Shown one piece after another: positions 37,281 to 45,949 of a stretch of 64,000 bases of DNA (positions are counted from its first letter, which is position 1; each line of letters begins with the position of its first letter). Source of the DNA: Chlamydiia bacterium (lineage in GTDB: Bacteria > Chlamydiota > Chlamydiia > Chlamydiales > JAAKFQ01); NCBI GenBank assembly GCA_041688145.1, contig JBDNIV010000017.1, positions 1 to 64,000 on the forward strand, read 5' to 3'. A program made the position numbers and the translations under genes. The notes below the pieces were generated by a model, which was not told where the DNA came from, ran no database searches, and worked only from the letters and a program-made list of their open reading frames with translations.

Positions 37281-37637
37281 ATCACATCACGCCTTACTTA
37301 TCCTGAAATTGCTATAGCACATCCCTCTAAAGTAACTGAAAATTTACTCAAGCAAACAGGCTTCGCTTGCTTTCCCAAGCTCTTAGTTGAGGCGGATAAA
37401 GCCCGAAATAAAGAATTATCTTTTTTCCCCCTAGCGCTCGAGCTTATGATTGCACATCAGACTAAAGAAAAAGACCTTTTGCAACAGGGAAAAATAACGA
37501 CTCTTTCTCAAAAAGATACTGTACTAAAAATTGTAGCCTGTTTTGCCGATGACCTTACCAGTGAATCGAAAGAAAAAATGCGTTGTCTTGAGGAGATCTG
37601 GACAGCTTATCAAAAAATTAAGCACGGGATGTACTAA
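37281..37637 (+). CDS. Small helical hypothetical protein, tandem paralog 2 (start uncertain: ATC 37281 or TTG 37260)
   Basis: Aligns along its length with 36826-37158. The homologous start position is ATC. Confidence 0.7.
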   Translation: MTSRLTYPEIAIAHPSKVTENLLKQTGFACFPKLLVEADKARNKELSFFPLALELMIAHQTKEKDLLQQGKITTLSQKDTVLKIVACFADDLTSESKEKMRCLEEIWTAYQKIKHGMY

Positions 37638-37756
37638 ACAAAAATTCATCTAATTGCTTGCTTCTTACACACAGATAAAAACCTAGCTTCATGTTTAGTT
37701 TCAATCGTTTTATGCATGTACAAAATTAGGCTTGCTTCCGGGCTTTAGACTTAGGC

Positions 37757-38017
37757 TTAGATTGCTTCAACTAGAGGCACTATAGTATCAGGATACCCCT
37801 CTAAACGTAAAACTTGATTGATCATCTGTTCCATTGTGTTGAACCTCGTGATCAGCTCATGCTCAGAAATATGACCTTTTTGGTAATACTTGACTAAGTA
37901 CCTAAAATAATCAATTAGGCGATCGGGCAAAAAGGTAGTTTCTGTGAGCATCCCAAATTCTACGATCTGTTCTTTTGCCTCACGAATAAGGCGCTGCTTA
38001 TAGATATCTTGTTCCAT
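37757..38017 (-). CDS. Small hypothetical protein
   Basis: 86-aa ORF with protein-like composition and AAGGT upstream. Confidence 0.6.
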   Translation of the reverse strand: MEQDIYKQRLIREAKEQIVEFGMLTETTFLPDRLIDYFRYLVKYYQKGHISEHELITRFNTMEQMINQVLRLEGYPDTIVPLVEAI

Positions 38018-38055
38018 ACCTTTTTATTAACATTAATAACATTTAATTAACAAAT

Positions 38056-38099
38056 TAAATTCAATTTGATTTAATTTAAAACAAATCAAATTGAATTTA
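38056..38099. repeat. Perfect 17-bp AT-rich inverted repeat with 10-nt spacer
   Basis: TAAATTCAATTTGATTT (38056-38072) and AAATCAAATTGAATTTA (38083-38099). Confidence 0.85.
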
Positions 38100-38112
38100 G
38101 AACGAAAGAAGT

Positions 38113-39033
38113 CTAAGAGCTTTTCTGAGCGCGTTTTAGAGGATCTTTAGCAAAAGCATAGATCATAAGTCCAAGGCCCAATGCTACAAAAGGGAGGCTT
38201 AACCAAGCTCCCATATTGAGAGAACTGTCAATAACAAAGCTTTGTTCGACTTTTAAGTCCTCTATCCAAAAGCGGAAAGCAAAAACTGAAGCAATAAAAG
38301 CTCCAGCCAAAGCCCCTGAATGAAATCGCTTAAATGTTTTTCTTAATAAAGGGACTAGAAGAAACAAGCTTAAAAAGAAAAGAGCTTCATAAAGCTGAAC
38401 AGGATGGCGAGCTATAGGGAAGCTGCCATCAATAGGTCTTTGAAAAACAACTGCCCACGGCAAATCACTAGCTCTGCCCAAAACCTCTTGGTTGATAAAG
38501 TTTCCACAGCGAATGAATACTCCCATAACAGCTGCTGCTGGGACAAACATATCCAAAAGAGTTAACATGCTTATTTTAGAAAAAAGCTTTTTATGCACTG
38601 TGAGTAAAGCAAAAAGAGCAATAAGTGCACCGATTACACCTCCATGACTCGCTAAGCCCCCCTCCCAAGTGCTAAAAAGAGAAAAAGGCCTTTGTAAAAA
38701 AGCAGGGAAATCATAGAAAAAGACGTGGAATAGACGAGCCCCAAGCACAACGCCAATTACTACCCAAAGCGAGAGCTTGTCAATCATTTTAGAAGCTAAG
38801 CTATAAGCTTCTTTTTTCTCTATAAGCCTTTTTCCCACTGTATTTATCTGCCGATCAGGCTGATTATCGCTTCCCTCTCGCTCTCGTATAAGGTGCTTTT
38901 TCAGCTGCTTTAAAACGATTCTATAGGCGAAAAAAAAGGCTAAAGCGAATAGAATTCCGTACCAAAAGACAGGTCTGCCTAAGTAAGGAATGGTAAAGGC
39001 TACCGGATCTGGATTCCAAATAAAAGGGTTCAT
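38113..39033 (-). CDS. lgt: Prolipoprotein diacylglyceryl transferase
   Basis: DP.AF...WYG, GARL.HV, WEGGLASHGG, R.GNF.NQE and RHP.QLYE. Homology begins at MNPFIW (ATG 39033). Confidence 0.95.
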   Translation of the reverse strand: MNPFIWNPDPVAFTIPYLGRPVFWYGILFALAFFFAYRIVLKQLKKHLIREREGSDNQPDRQINTVGKRLIEKKEAYSLASKMIDKLSLWVVIGVVLGARLFHVFFYDFPAFLQRPFSLFSTWEGGLASHGGVIGALIALFALLTVHKKLFSKISMLTLLDMFVPAAAVMGVFIRCGNFINQEVLGRASDLPWAVVFQRPIDGSFPIARHPVQLYEALFFLSLFLLVPLLRKTFKRFHSGALAGAFIASVFAFRFWIEDLKVEQSFVIDSSLNMGAWLSLPFVALGLGLMIYAFAKDPLKRAQKSS

Positions 39034-39453
39034 ATGAGAGTCAAAATCCTTGCTTCTGGCAAAAAGCCAGATGCGTGTTATCAAAAGCTTCTGGCTCATT
39101 ATACCAAATGCCTATCCTCCTCAGCAACCCTTGAGATTGAATACCTCAAAAATAAAGAGGCTATTGAAAAAGCCCTTAAAAAAGAGCCAAAAGCTATCTG
39201 CCTAGATGCTAAGGGTCAAGTCTTTGATAGTAAGGAATTTTCGGAAAATCTCATCCGAGAAATAGAGTCCAGAGGAGCCCATATTACGCTCGCTATTGGT
39301 CCAGCTGAAGGCTTTGGTGATGAGGTGAAAAAGAGCCATACGCTCTGGAGTCTCTCTACACTCACCCTTCCTCACCATATGGCTCTACTGATACTCACTG
39401 AGCAAGTTTATAGAGCGTTTGAAATTAAAAAAGGATCTAGCTATGATAAGTAA
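39034..39453 (+). CDS. rlmH: 23S rRNA m3Psi1915 methyltransferase
   Basis: MRVKIL..GK, LD..G..F.S..F, IGPAEG and SLS.LTLPH......EQ.YRA..I.KG..Y.K. Confidence 0.92.
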   Translation: MRVKILASGKKPDACYQKLLAHYTKCLSSSATLEIEYLKNKEAIEKALKKEPKAICLDAKGQVFDSKEFSENLIREIESRGAHITLAIGPAEGFGDEVKKSHTLWSLSTLTLPHHMALLILTEQVYRAFEIKKGSSYDK

Positions 39454-39501
39454 GCTATTTTTGGAAATCGAATATGCAAGGTATAAATTAAGGAGCACTT
39501 T

Positions 39502-39852
39502 ATGGCTAACTCTTGTGTAGAAGCCTATTTTAAGCCGATTGTCCCAGACATTGGCGGCAAGATTGTATCAACTGAGATATCTCCAGTTAAGAATTATACC
39601 CCTCGTTTTTATGAAGGTGACGGTAGAATCAAAACTTACTGGGCAGTTATGGTTACTTGTCAGTTAGACGATGCAAGTCAAGCTCATAAAGTTCATAAAT
39701 TTGATATCCAACTAGAATTCCCCAAGGATAGTTCAGATGATACCATTACCACTCAATCTAAAGAAATCATTCAAAGATATATCAGGTCAATCAATGACGT
39801 TGCTTTGTTTCAGCTATCAGCTTTTACAGCTCGCCTTGAGCATTCAAAATAA
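39502..39852 (+). CDS. Hypothetical protein
   Basis: 116-aa ORF with a strong AAGGAG RBS. Confidence 0.7.
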   Translation: MANSCVEAYFKPIVPDIGGKIVSTEISPVKNYTPRFYEGDGRIKTYWAVMVTCQLDDASQAHKVHKFDIQLEFPKDSSDDTITTQSKEIIQRYIRSINDVALFQLSAFTARLEHSK

Positions 39853-39853
39853 T

Positions 39854-40336
39854 CTAACTAGGTAAATGCGTCTTTAAAGCCTGAGAGAACTTTAAAAATA
39901 CAAAACCTCCATTAAAAAAAGAAAGGCCCAACGAAACTCCTAGTGCATAAGCGCAATCTACCCATGGCATAAGAGCAATAAAGAGTCCTATGGCTATAGG
40001 GGCTATTAGTAATGCTATAAAAAGACGCGTATGAGGCCTTTCGTGCATCAAAAGAAACACAAGTGCTTTTGCACACGGCATCCAAATAAATCGGGTGATC
40101 AAAAAACCTAATGCCATCCATATAAGGAGCAAAGCCAGAATTGCAAGCTCGGGGGTTATTAGCTTAGCTAAAAAAGGTAACCAGACGAGCTTGGCCTCCC
40201 CTATTGTAGAATTGCCAGCTAAAAGAGCCTTAGAAATGGAAAAACTCTCCATAGCAAAATGGACACCTAAAGCGAGTAAGCCGAATCCAAGCGCCATCCA
40301 TAAAAGGCTTAAATGGAAAATCTTTTTAGAGGGCAT
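39854..40336 (-). CDS. Hypothetical integral membrane protein
   Basis: About four TM segments. ATG 40336 follows directly after the mgtE stop. Confidence 0.65.
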   Translation of the reverse strand: MPSKKIFHLSLLWMALGFGLLALGVHFAMESFSISKALLAGNSTIGEAKLVWLPFLAKLITPELAILALLLIWMALGFLITRFIWMPCAKALVFLLMHERPHTRLFIALLIAPIAIGLFIALMPWVDCAYALGVSLGLSFFNGGFVFLKFSQALKTHLPS

Positions 40337-40338
40337 CT

Positions 40339-41793
40339 TTATCCCAATAGTATAAACGTCAAGCAAGATGCGATCAGGAAGTAAATCAGCATCGACAAGA
40401 AATCATTACAAGCTGTGATGATCGGGCCTGAAGCAATCGCAGGGTCTACGCCAATTTTAGCAAAAAGTAAAGGCACTAAAACGCCCAGTAAGCTTGCTCC
40501 AATACATGCAGAAGCAAGGCCTCCACTCACAATCACACTGATTACTCTAGGGGTAATGCCGCCTGTATCAAGGCCTATCTGACTCAAGATATAGACAACA
40601 AGGCCACATAAAATACCAAAAATAAGGCCTGTCATAACGCCCAGTGTCATTTCTTTAATAGCGACTTTCCACTTGTTTTTAGGAGAAACAATACCAACGG
40701 CAATACCACGAACAAGAACTGTACTAGATTGCAGGCCAATGTTGCCTGAAAGCCCCATGATAAGCGGCACAAAATATAAAAATACTTTGGGAGCGCTAGC
40801 ATAGTACGACATAACTTCCATATTCACTAGGCCTGCCATTAGCGTTACTAAAAGCCAAGGCGCTCTAGAAAAAAACCGGCGCAGGCCTGATTGGTGCTCA
40901 GTGACCTTCTCCGCTGTACCTACCATGCGAGCAAGTGTTTCGTCTGTAAGATCTTCGATAGCTTCAATAACATCATCGTAGGTGATCACACCCGCAAGCT
41001 TTTCTTCATTGTCAAACACTGGAAGTGCTGAGATCTTATAGCGTTCTACAATTTCAACCACTTCTTCTCGTGTGCTATCTAGATCAACACTATGCGCTAC
41101 ATAGCGTAAAAGACTTTTAAGTGGCGTATCACCAGGAGAAATCAGCAAACTACGTACTGCAACATAGCCCTGCATTCTGCCCTCTTCATCCAAAATGAAA
41201 ACGCAACGCGTACAATCAATTTCAGGCCGGTCGCGAATTGATGCTGTAGCTTCAGCTACTGTAGTTTCTAAAGAGAATGTAAAAAAATCACCGCTCATAA
41301 GGCGAGCGGCAGTTGTGCGCTCATGGCTTATAAGTTCTTTTATTTGAAGCGCTTTTTTAGGGTCTAAGAGATCATAAAGCCGCTTTAGTCTTCTTTCTGG
41401 GAGCTCTTCAATCAGGCTTGCAGCCTCATCTAAAGGCATAGCATCAGCAAGGCGCTTAATTTCTTTTTCAGAAAGAGCGCGTAAAATAGCGCGCCTAGTG
41501 TCGCTTTCAGCATTTATTATAAAATCTGCTCGGCGAGCCCTAGAAGGAAGATTTTCATAAATAATAAGACGATAATGAGAAGGAAGTCTAGCCGCAGCAT
41601 GCGCTATATCAACAGAAGAATGCTCATAAGCTATTTTTGTAATATCTTTAAGCTTAATCCGGGATAAAGATTGGGCAAAAACATCCTCTAATCGCTCTAG
41701 GAGCTGATCATCTAGCTGGACGGTCCGCGATTCCATAAGGCTCGTACCATAAGCCACTTCGGGCATGTCGATGGTGTCTGATTCGTCTATCAT
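40339..41793 (-). CDS. mgtE: Magnesium transporter MgtE
   Basis: MgtE-N helices, a CBS pair (LPV.D...L.GVIT.DD), R.PWL, GN.G.QSST and DPA.ASGP.IT..ND. Confidence 0.94.
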   Translation of the reverse strand: MIDESDTIDMPEVAYGTSLMESRTVQLDDQLLERLEDVFAQSLSRIKLKDITKIAYEHSSVDIAHAAARLPSHYRLIIYENLPSRARRADFIINAESDTRRAILRALSEKEIKRLADAMPLDEAASLIEELPERRLKRLYDLLDPKKALQIKELISHERTTAARLMSGDFFTFSLETTVAEATASIRDRPEIDCTRCVFILDEEGRMQGYVAVRSLLISPGDTPLKSLLRYVAHSVDLDSTREEVVEIVERYKISALPVFDNEEKLAGVITYDDVIEAIEDLTDETLARMVGTAEKVTEHQSGLRRFFSRAPWLLVTLMAGLVNMEVMSYYASAPKVFLYFVPLIMGLSGNIGLQSSTVLVRGIAVGIVSPKNKWKVAIKEMTLGVMTGLIFGILCGLVVYILSQIGLDTGGITPRVISVIVSGGLASACIGASLLGVLVPLLFAKIGVDPAIASGPIITACNDFLSMLIYFLIASCLTFILLG

Positions 41794-42024
41794 AGCTCCT
41801 CCTGATCAGCCCGGATCTTAAAGCAATTCTTAAATAAAATCAATGGCAAGAAGATAAACAGACTAATGGTTATTTTAAATTATTTGCCCATAGTTTTGAA
41901 AATAACACTGCCTTGCCTAAAAACAAAGCTCTCTCTAGGATAGGGCCTAAGCTTTAAGGGGATCTTTGAAAGACCTTGGGACTTAATTAAACCTATAGAT
42001 TTGAAGGATTAAAGGCTCAAATTC

Positions 42025-43986
42025 ATGCCTCTTAGACTCAAACGCAAAAAACTCTCAACACTTGATGAAACCTTTTACCTCATGGGAGAGGCTGAAAGGA
42101 AATGGTTTCAAAGCGCATGGAAAAAGGGTCATGCTCTCTTCAGCAAAGCCCTCAAACTATCTCCAGGATTAAGTGAGCTTCATTTTCGTAAAGCTGCTAT
42201 TTTTTTCGAACTTGGCCTTTATGACAAAACACTTATGCCAATCGCAAAAAGTGCTGTTGAAGATGCCCTGAAAATTGAACCTCAAAACTATCTTATATGG
42301 CAACTTTATGGTTGGATTCTCTACGAGCTTTGGCTCATAGAGAAAACGCCCGCTTTATTTGAAAAGCTTTTAAAAGCCTATAAAAAGGCCCGCTCTTTTG
42401 CTACTAGCTCCCAAGAAAAAGCTGATATTGATTGGGATTTGGGACTTTCTCATTTTGAGATGGGCAATCTTGCTACAGAACCTATCGAATGGCATAAAGC
42501 TATTGAATTTTTAGAAAAAGCGCAGCCCTTTTTTAAAAAGAACCCTCGCTATTTACTAGAGCTCAGTGATGCATACCTCGCTTTTTCTAAAAAAGTACAA
42601 AGCGAGTATATCATTCAAAAAGCGCAAAAAACCTTAAAAGAACTTTGCTTAATTGAACCTGAGCAAAAAAGCCTCTATGAAGCGCGTTTAGCTATGGCCC
42701 ATTTTAGGCTCTATGAGATCACTTTGAAAGAGAGTTTTCTCAATCAAGCTATCTCCTTTTTTTCAAATGTATGCACTTCAAATGCAGACTCTGTGCCTCT
42801 TTTAATGCTTTGGAGCAAGCTCTTGTTTTTAGCCACTGAAACCAAGCAAGACCCTGTCTATTTGCAGCTCGCTATCCAGAAATTAGAAAAAGCTAAAAGT
42901 TTAGACCCTGATAGCAGTGAAATACCACTCCTTTTAGTCGAAGGGATTACAAAACTTTCATTGTTTAACGACACACTCGATAAAATTCCCCTTGCTACAC
43001 AAGTGCTTACAGAACTAGAGAACCGGGAGTATGCTAATCCCAAATTTCTCTATGCTCAAGGCCTTTGCGCCTGCGCTTTAGGGTTTTTTCATAATAACGC
43101 TGATTTTTTCCATAGAGCTGTCTGTTTCTTTGAAGATGCCTTAGAAAAAGAGCCTGCTAATGCTTCATTTTGGCATGCACTCGGCCTGTGTCACTTAGGT
43201 CTTGCTAACATAGAAGGTTTTGAAAAAAGGTGTATTGAAAGAGCCACAACATGCTTTGAAAAAGCATATCACCTTAAGATCTCTTTAAGTACCCAGATCG
43301 ATTACGCTTTTGCTCTTACTAAACTCGCTGAAATTCAAGAAGATGCCCTCCTTGCTAAAGAGGCTGTAGACATCTTTGAGTCTGCTCTTTCTAAAGAGGG
43401 GCTGAGTGCCCAAATGCATAGAGAGTGGCTTTTCCACTACGGCTGTGCACTTCGACTATACGCTACTCTAAATGGCGCTGAAACTTGCTTTTTATCTGCT
43501 ATAGAGCTTTTTACCGAACAACTAGGAAAAACTAGCTTTGATCCTTCTGTACGCTTTGAGCTTGCCCTATCTATGATAGGGCTTGCTGAGCTGAGCTCTA
43601 ATGCTCTTTTATTCAAACAAGCTGCAGACCACCTTGAAATAGTTACCAAAACAGATAAAGAGCACGAGCCTGCTTTTTATGAACAAGCCTTAGCTCTTAT
43701 GAATTTAGCTTATATGCAAAAAGAGCCCCAGGACAAAAGCGCTCACAACCTCTATACAAGAGCTGAAAAAAAGCTTATTCACTGCGCTCGTTTAGGTAGT
43801 CTTAGAACTTTTTATAGCTTGGCCTGCCTCTACTCTCTAACAGACCTTGATCAGACGGCCTTATTTTACTTAAAAAAGGCAAAAGACTATGGTTCTTTAC
43901 CTGATAAGGAGCAGATTGAGGCCGACCCTTGGCTCGATAAGCTCAAATATTCTAGTGAATTTAAACGTTTTATTCAGGATCTCTAA
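42025..43986 (+). CDS. Tetratricopeptide-repeat protein
   Basis: Many TPR-like helix pairs and a C-terminal YSLACLYSL...L.KA...DP.LD.L motif. Confidence 0.85.
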   Translation: MPLRLKRKKLSTLDETFYLMGEAERKWFQSAWKKGHALFSKALKLSPGLSELHFRKAAIFFELGLYDKTLMPIAKSAVEDALKIEPQNYLIWQLYGWILYELWLIEKTPALFEKLLKAYKKARSFATSSQEKADIDWDLGLSHFEMGNLATEPIEWHKAIEFLEKAQPFFKKNPRYLLELSDAYLAFSKKVQSEYIIQKAQKTLKELCLIEPEQKSLYEARLAMAHFRLYEITLKESFLNQAISFFSNVCTSNADSVPLLMLWSKLLFLATETKQDPVYLQLAIQKLEKAKSLDPDSSEIPLLLVEGITKLSLFNDTLDKIPLATQVLTELENREYANPKFLYAQGLCACALGFFHNNADFFHRAVCFFEDALEKEPANASFWHALGLCHLGLANIEGFEKRCIERATTCFEKAYHLKISLSTQIDYAFALTKLAEIQEDALLAKEAVDIFESALSKEGLSAQMHREWLFHYGCALRLYATLNGAETCFLSAIELFTEQLGKTSFDPSVRFELALSMIGLAELSSNALLFKQAADHLEIVTKTDKEHEPAFYEQALALMNLAYMQKEPQDKSAHNLYTRAEKKLIHCARLGSLRTFYSLACLYSLTDLDQTALFYLKKAKDYGSLPDKEQIEADPWLDKLKYSSEFKRFIQDL

Positions 43987-43990
43987 TCTT

Positions 43991-45883
43991 ATGAACCTAA
44001 GACCCCTGCTTTTTGTTGTTTGCACAACAGCTTCTTTTTTCCTTATTAGCCACTTTTTTACCGTCAAACAACTGGGATCACTTCCTATAAGTGCACCTTC
44101 TACAGAGAGTGTTGCTTCTGCTAATACCAGCTTAGTAACATCATCACCTGAATCTGACAGTAAAGCACATTCGAACAGCAGCAATTCAACCTTAAGAAAA
44201 AAAGCCCTGCCTATTGCCAAAGAAGCTAAAGCCTTAGCTCTAAAAAGCAAAACAATGCAGGTCATTTTTGACATAAACTCTGCTTCAATCTCAGAGATTA
44301 ATCTTCCTCATAAGTCCATATCTCCAACAAGTGTTATCCTACCTATTGAAGCAGATGAAAAAGCTCAAAAAATTGATGGTATAGGTAATTTTCCTATCAA
44401 AGAGGCTTATCTTGCATCAGGCGAAAAAATCTCTTCCCAAATGGGAGGCTACCACCCTCTTTTAAGGCGAGGCACAAAAGCAGATCCAATGAGAAAAGAG
44501 CATTACGCTTTTAGTCTATCGTCTGTAGAAAACAAAGAGCTTATTGAGAATCTTATATTTAAGCCTGTTGCCCACACAGAAAAAAGCCTCTCTTTTCAAG
44601 CTCATTTGCCTACATCAACCATCACAAAAACTTTTACTCTAAACCCCAAAGCACCTTATTCCTTTGACTTAGAAGTAGAAGTATCCGGAGCCCCTTTAGA
44701 CCTTTGGGTGAGTTCAGGTGTGCTCGAGACGGAGCTCATCTCTAAAAGAGCCACTTCTACTATCTGTTACAAATATGAAGATGGAGGCAAGGTTCATGTA
44801 GAATCAACCTCACTACCTAAAGACTCTTCTAATGTCTCGCCTCTTATAGCCGATTGGGTTTCTAGTTCTAACGGTTTTTTTGGTATTGTTATGCGTCCAA
44901 AAACCGCTTTAAACCAAGGCTTTAAAACGCGCCGAGTAGAAGCTCATAAAGCTCAAAGCCGCTTAAGTCACATGGACACAGTAGGTCAGTTTTCTCCAAA
45001 TGATCTTTGTGGCTATGAACTTCTTTTACCTTTGAAAGCTCATGAATCTAAAGAAAAATTAAGCATCTATTCAGGCCCTTACCATCGCGATATTTTAGCC
45101 CTCGTAGATAGTGCAGCTGAAGCAAACGGCGAAAAAGACCCCGAAGTTAAACAGGCCTCTTCATTTTTTGGCTGGTTTGCGTTTATCTCTGAGCCATTTG
45201 CAAAACTTTTATTTGTCCTTATTAACTTCTTCCATAGTTGGACAGGCTCATGGGGCATCTCTATTATCTTGCTTACTATAGCGCTGCGCGTGATGCTGTA
45301 CCCTCTAAATGCTTGGGGCATACGCTCTCAGATAAAAATGCAAAAGCTTGGACCTGAGCTTGCTGCTATTAAAGCTAAACACAGTAAAGATCCTAAAAAA
45401 GCAAATCTTGAGCAGATGAGCCTCTACCGACAAAGAGGCGTTAATCCCATATCAGGCTGTTTGCCTATGATAATTCAGCTGCCTTTCTTGATTGGTATGT
45501 TCGACCTTCTCAAATCGACATTTCAGCTGCGTGGAGCTTCTTTTATCCCTGGCTGGATCAATAATTTAGCAGCTCCTGATGTCCTCTTTACATGGGGCTA
45601 TCACTTGCCTATCTTAGGCAATGAGTTTCACCTCCTTCCTGTTTTAAACGCCTTAGGTATGCTCATTCAGCAAAAATTCTCTTCTAAACTACCTAAGGAC
45701 TCGAGTCTATGGACTGATCAGCAAAGGCAGCAAAAAGTCATGGGTAATGTTATGGCTATTGTTCTTTTGTTTATCTTTTACAATATGCCTGCAGGCTTAA
45801 ACATCTACTTCTTGTCTTCAATGCTTTTAGCTGTTTTCCAGCAGTGGGCTATGGAAAAATATATGAAGAAAAAGGCTAGTTGA
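43991..45883 (+). CDS. yidC: Membrane protein insertase YidC
   Basis: WGISIILLT..LR..LYPL, GVNP.SGCLP.IIQLPF, W..NLAAPD, P.GLN.Y. AGGA precedes ATG 43991. Confidence 0.95.
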   Translation: MNLRPLLFVVCTTASFFLISHFFTVKQLGSLPISAPSTESVASANTSLVTSSPESDSKAHSNSSNSTLRKKALPIAKEAKALALKSKTMQVIFDINSASISEINLPHKSISPTSVILPIEADEKAQKIDGIGNFPIKEAYLASGEKISSQMGGYHPLLRRGTKADPMRKEHYAFSLSSVENKELIENLIFKPVAHTEKSLSFQAHLPTSTITKTFTLNPKAPYSFDLEVEVSGAPLDLWVSSGVLETELISKRATSTICYKYEDGGKVHVESTSLPKDSSNVSPLIADWVSSSNGFFGIVMRPKTALNQGFKTRRVEAHKAQSRLSHMDTVGQFSPNDLCGYELLLPLKAHESKEKLSIYSGPYHRDILALVDSAAEANGEKDPEVKQASSFFGWFAFISEPFAKLLFVLINFFHSWTGSWGISIILLTIALRVMLYPLNAWGIRSQIKMQKLGPELAAIKAKHSKDPKKANLEQMSLYRQRGVNPISGCLPMIIQLPFLIGMFDLLKSTFQLRGASFIPGWINNLAAPDVLFTWGYHLPILGNEFHLLPVLNALGMLIQQKFSSKLPKDSSLWTDQQRQQKVMGNVMAIVLLFIFYNMPAGLNIYFLSSMLLAVFQQWAMEKYMKKKAS

Positions 45884-45897
45884 TAAAAAGGCTTTCT

Positions 45898-45906
45898 TGT
45901 GAATAA
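45898..45906 (-). promoter_or_regulatory. DnaA-box match upstream of dnaA
   Basis: TGTGAATAA equals TTATTCACA on the minus strand, inside the 66-bp yidC-dnaA gap. Confidence 0.4.
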
Positions 45907-45949
45907 TGGGGCAACGCTACCTCAAAGCCCATAGCCCCTGTAACCGCCG

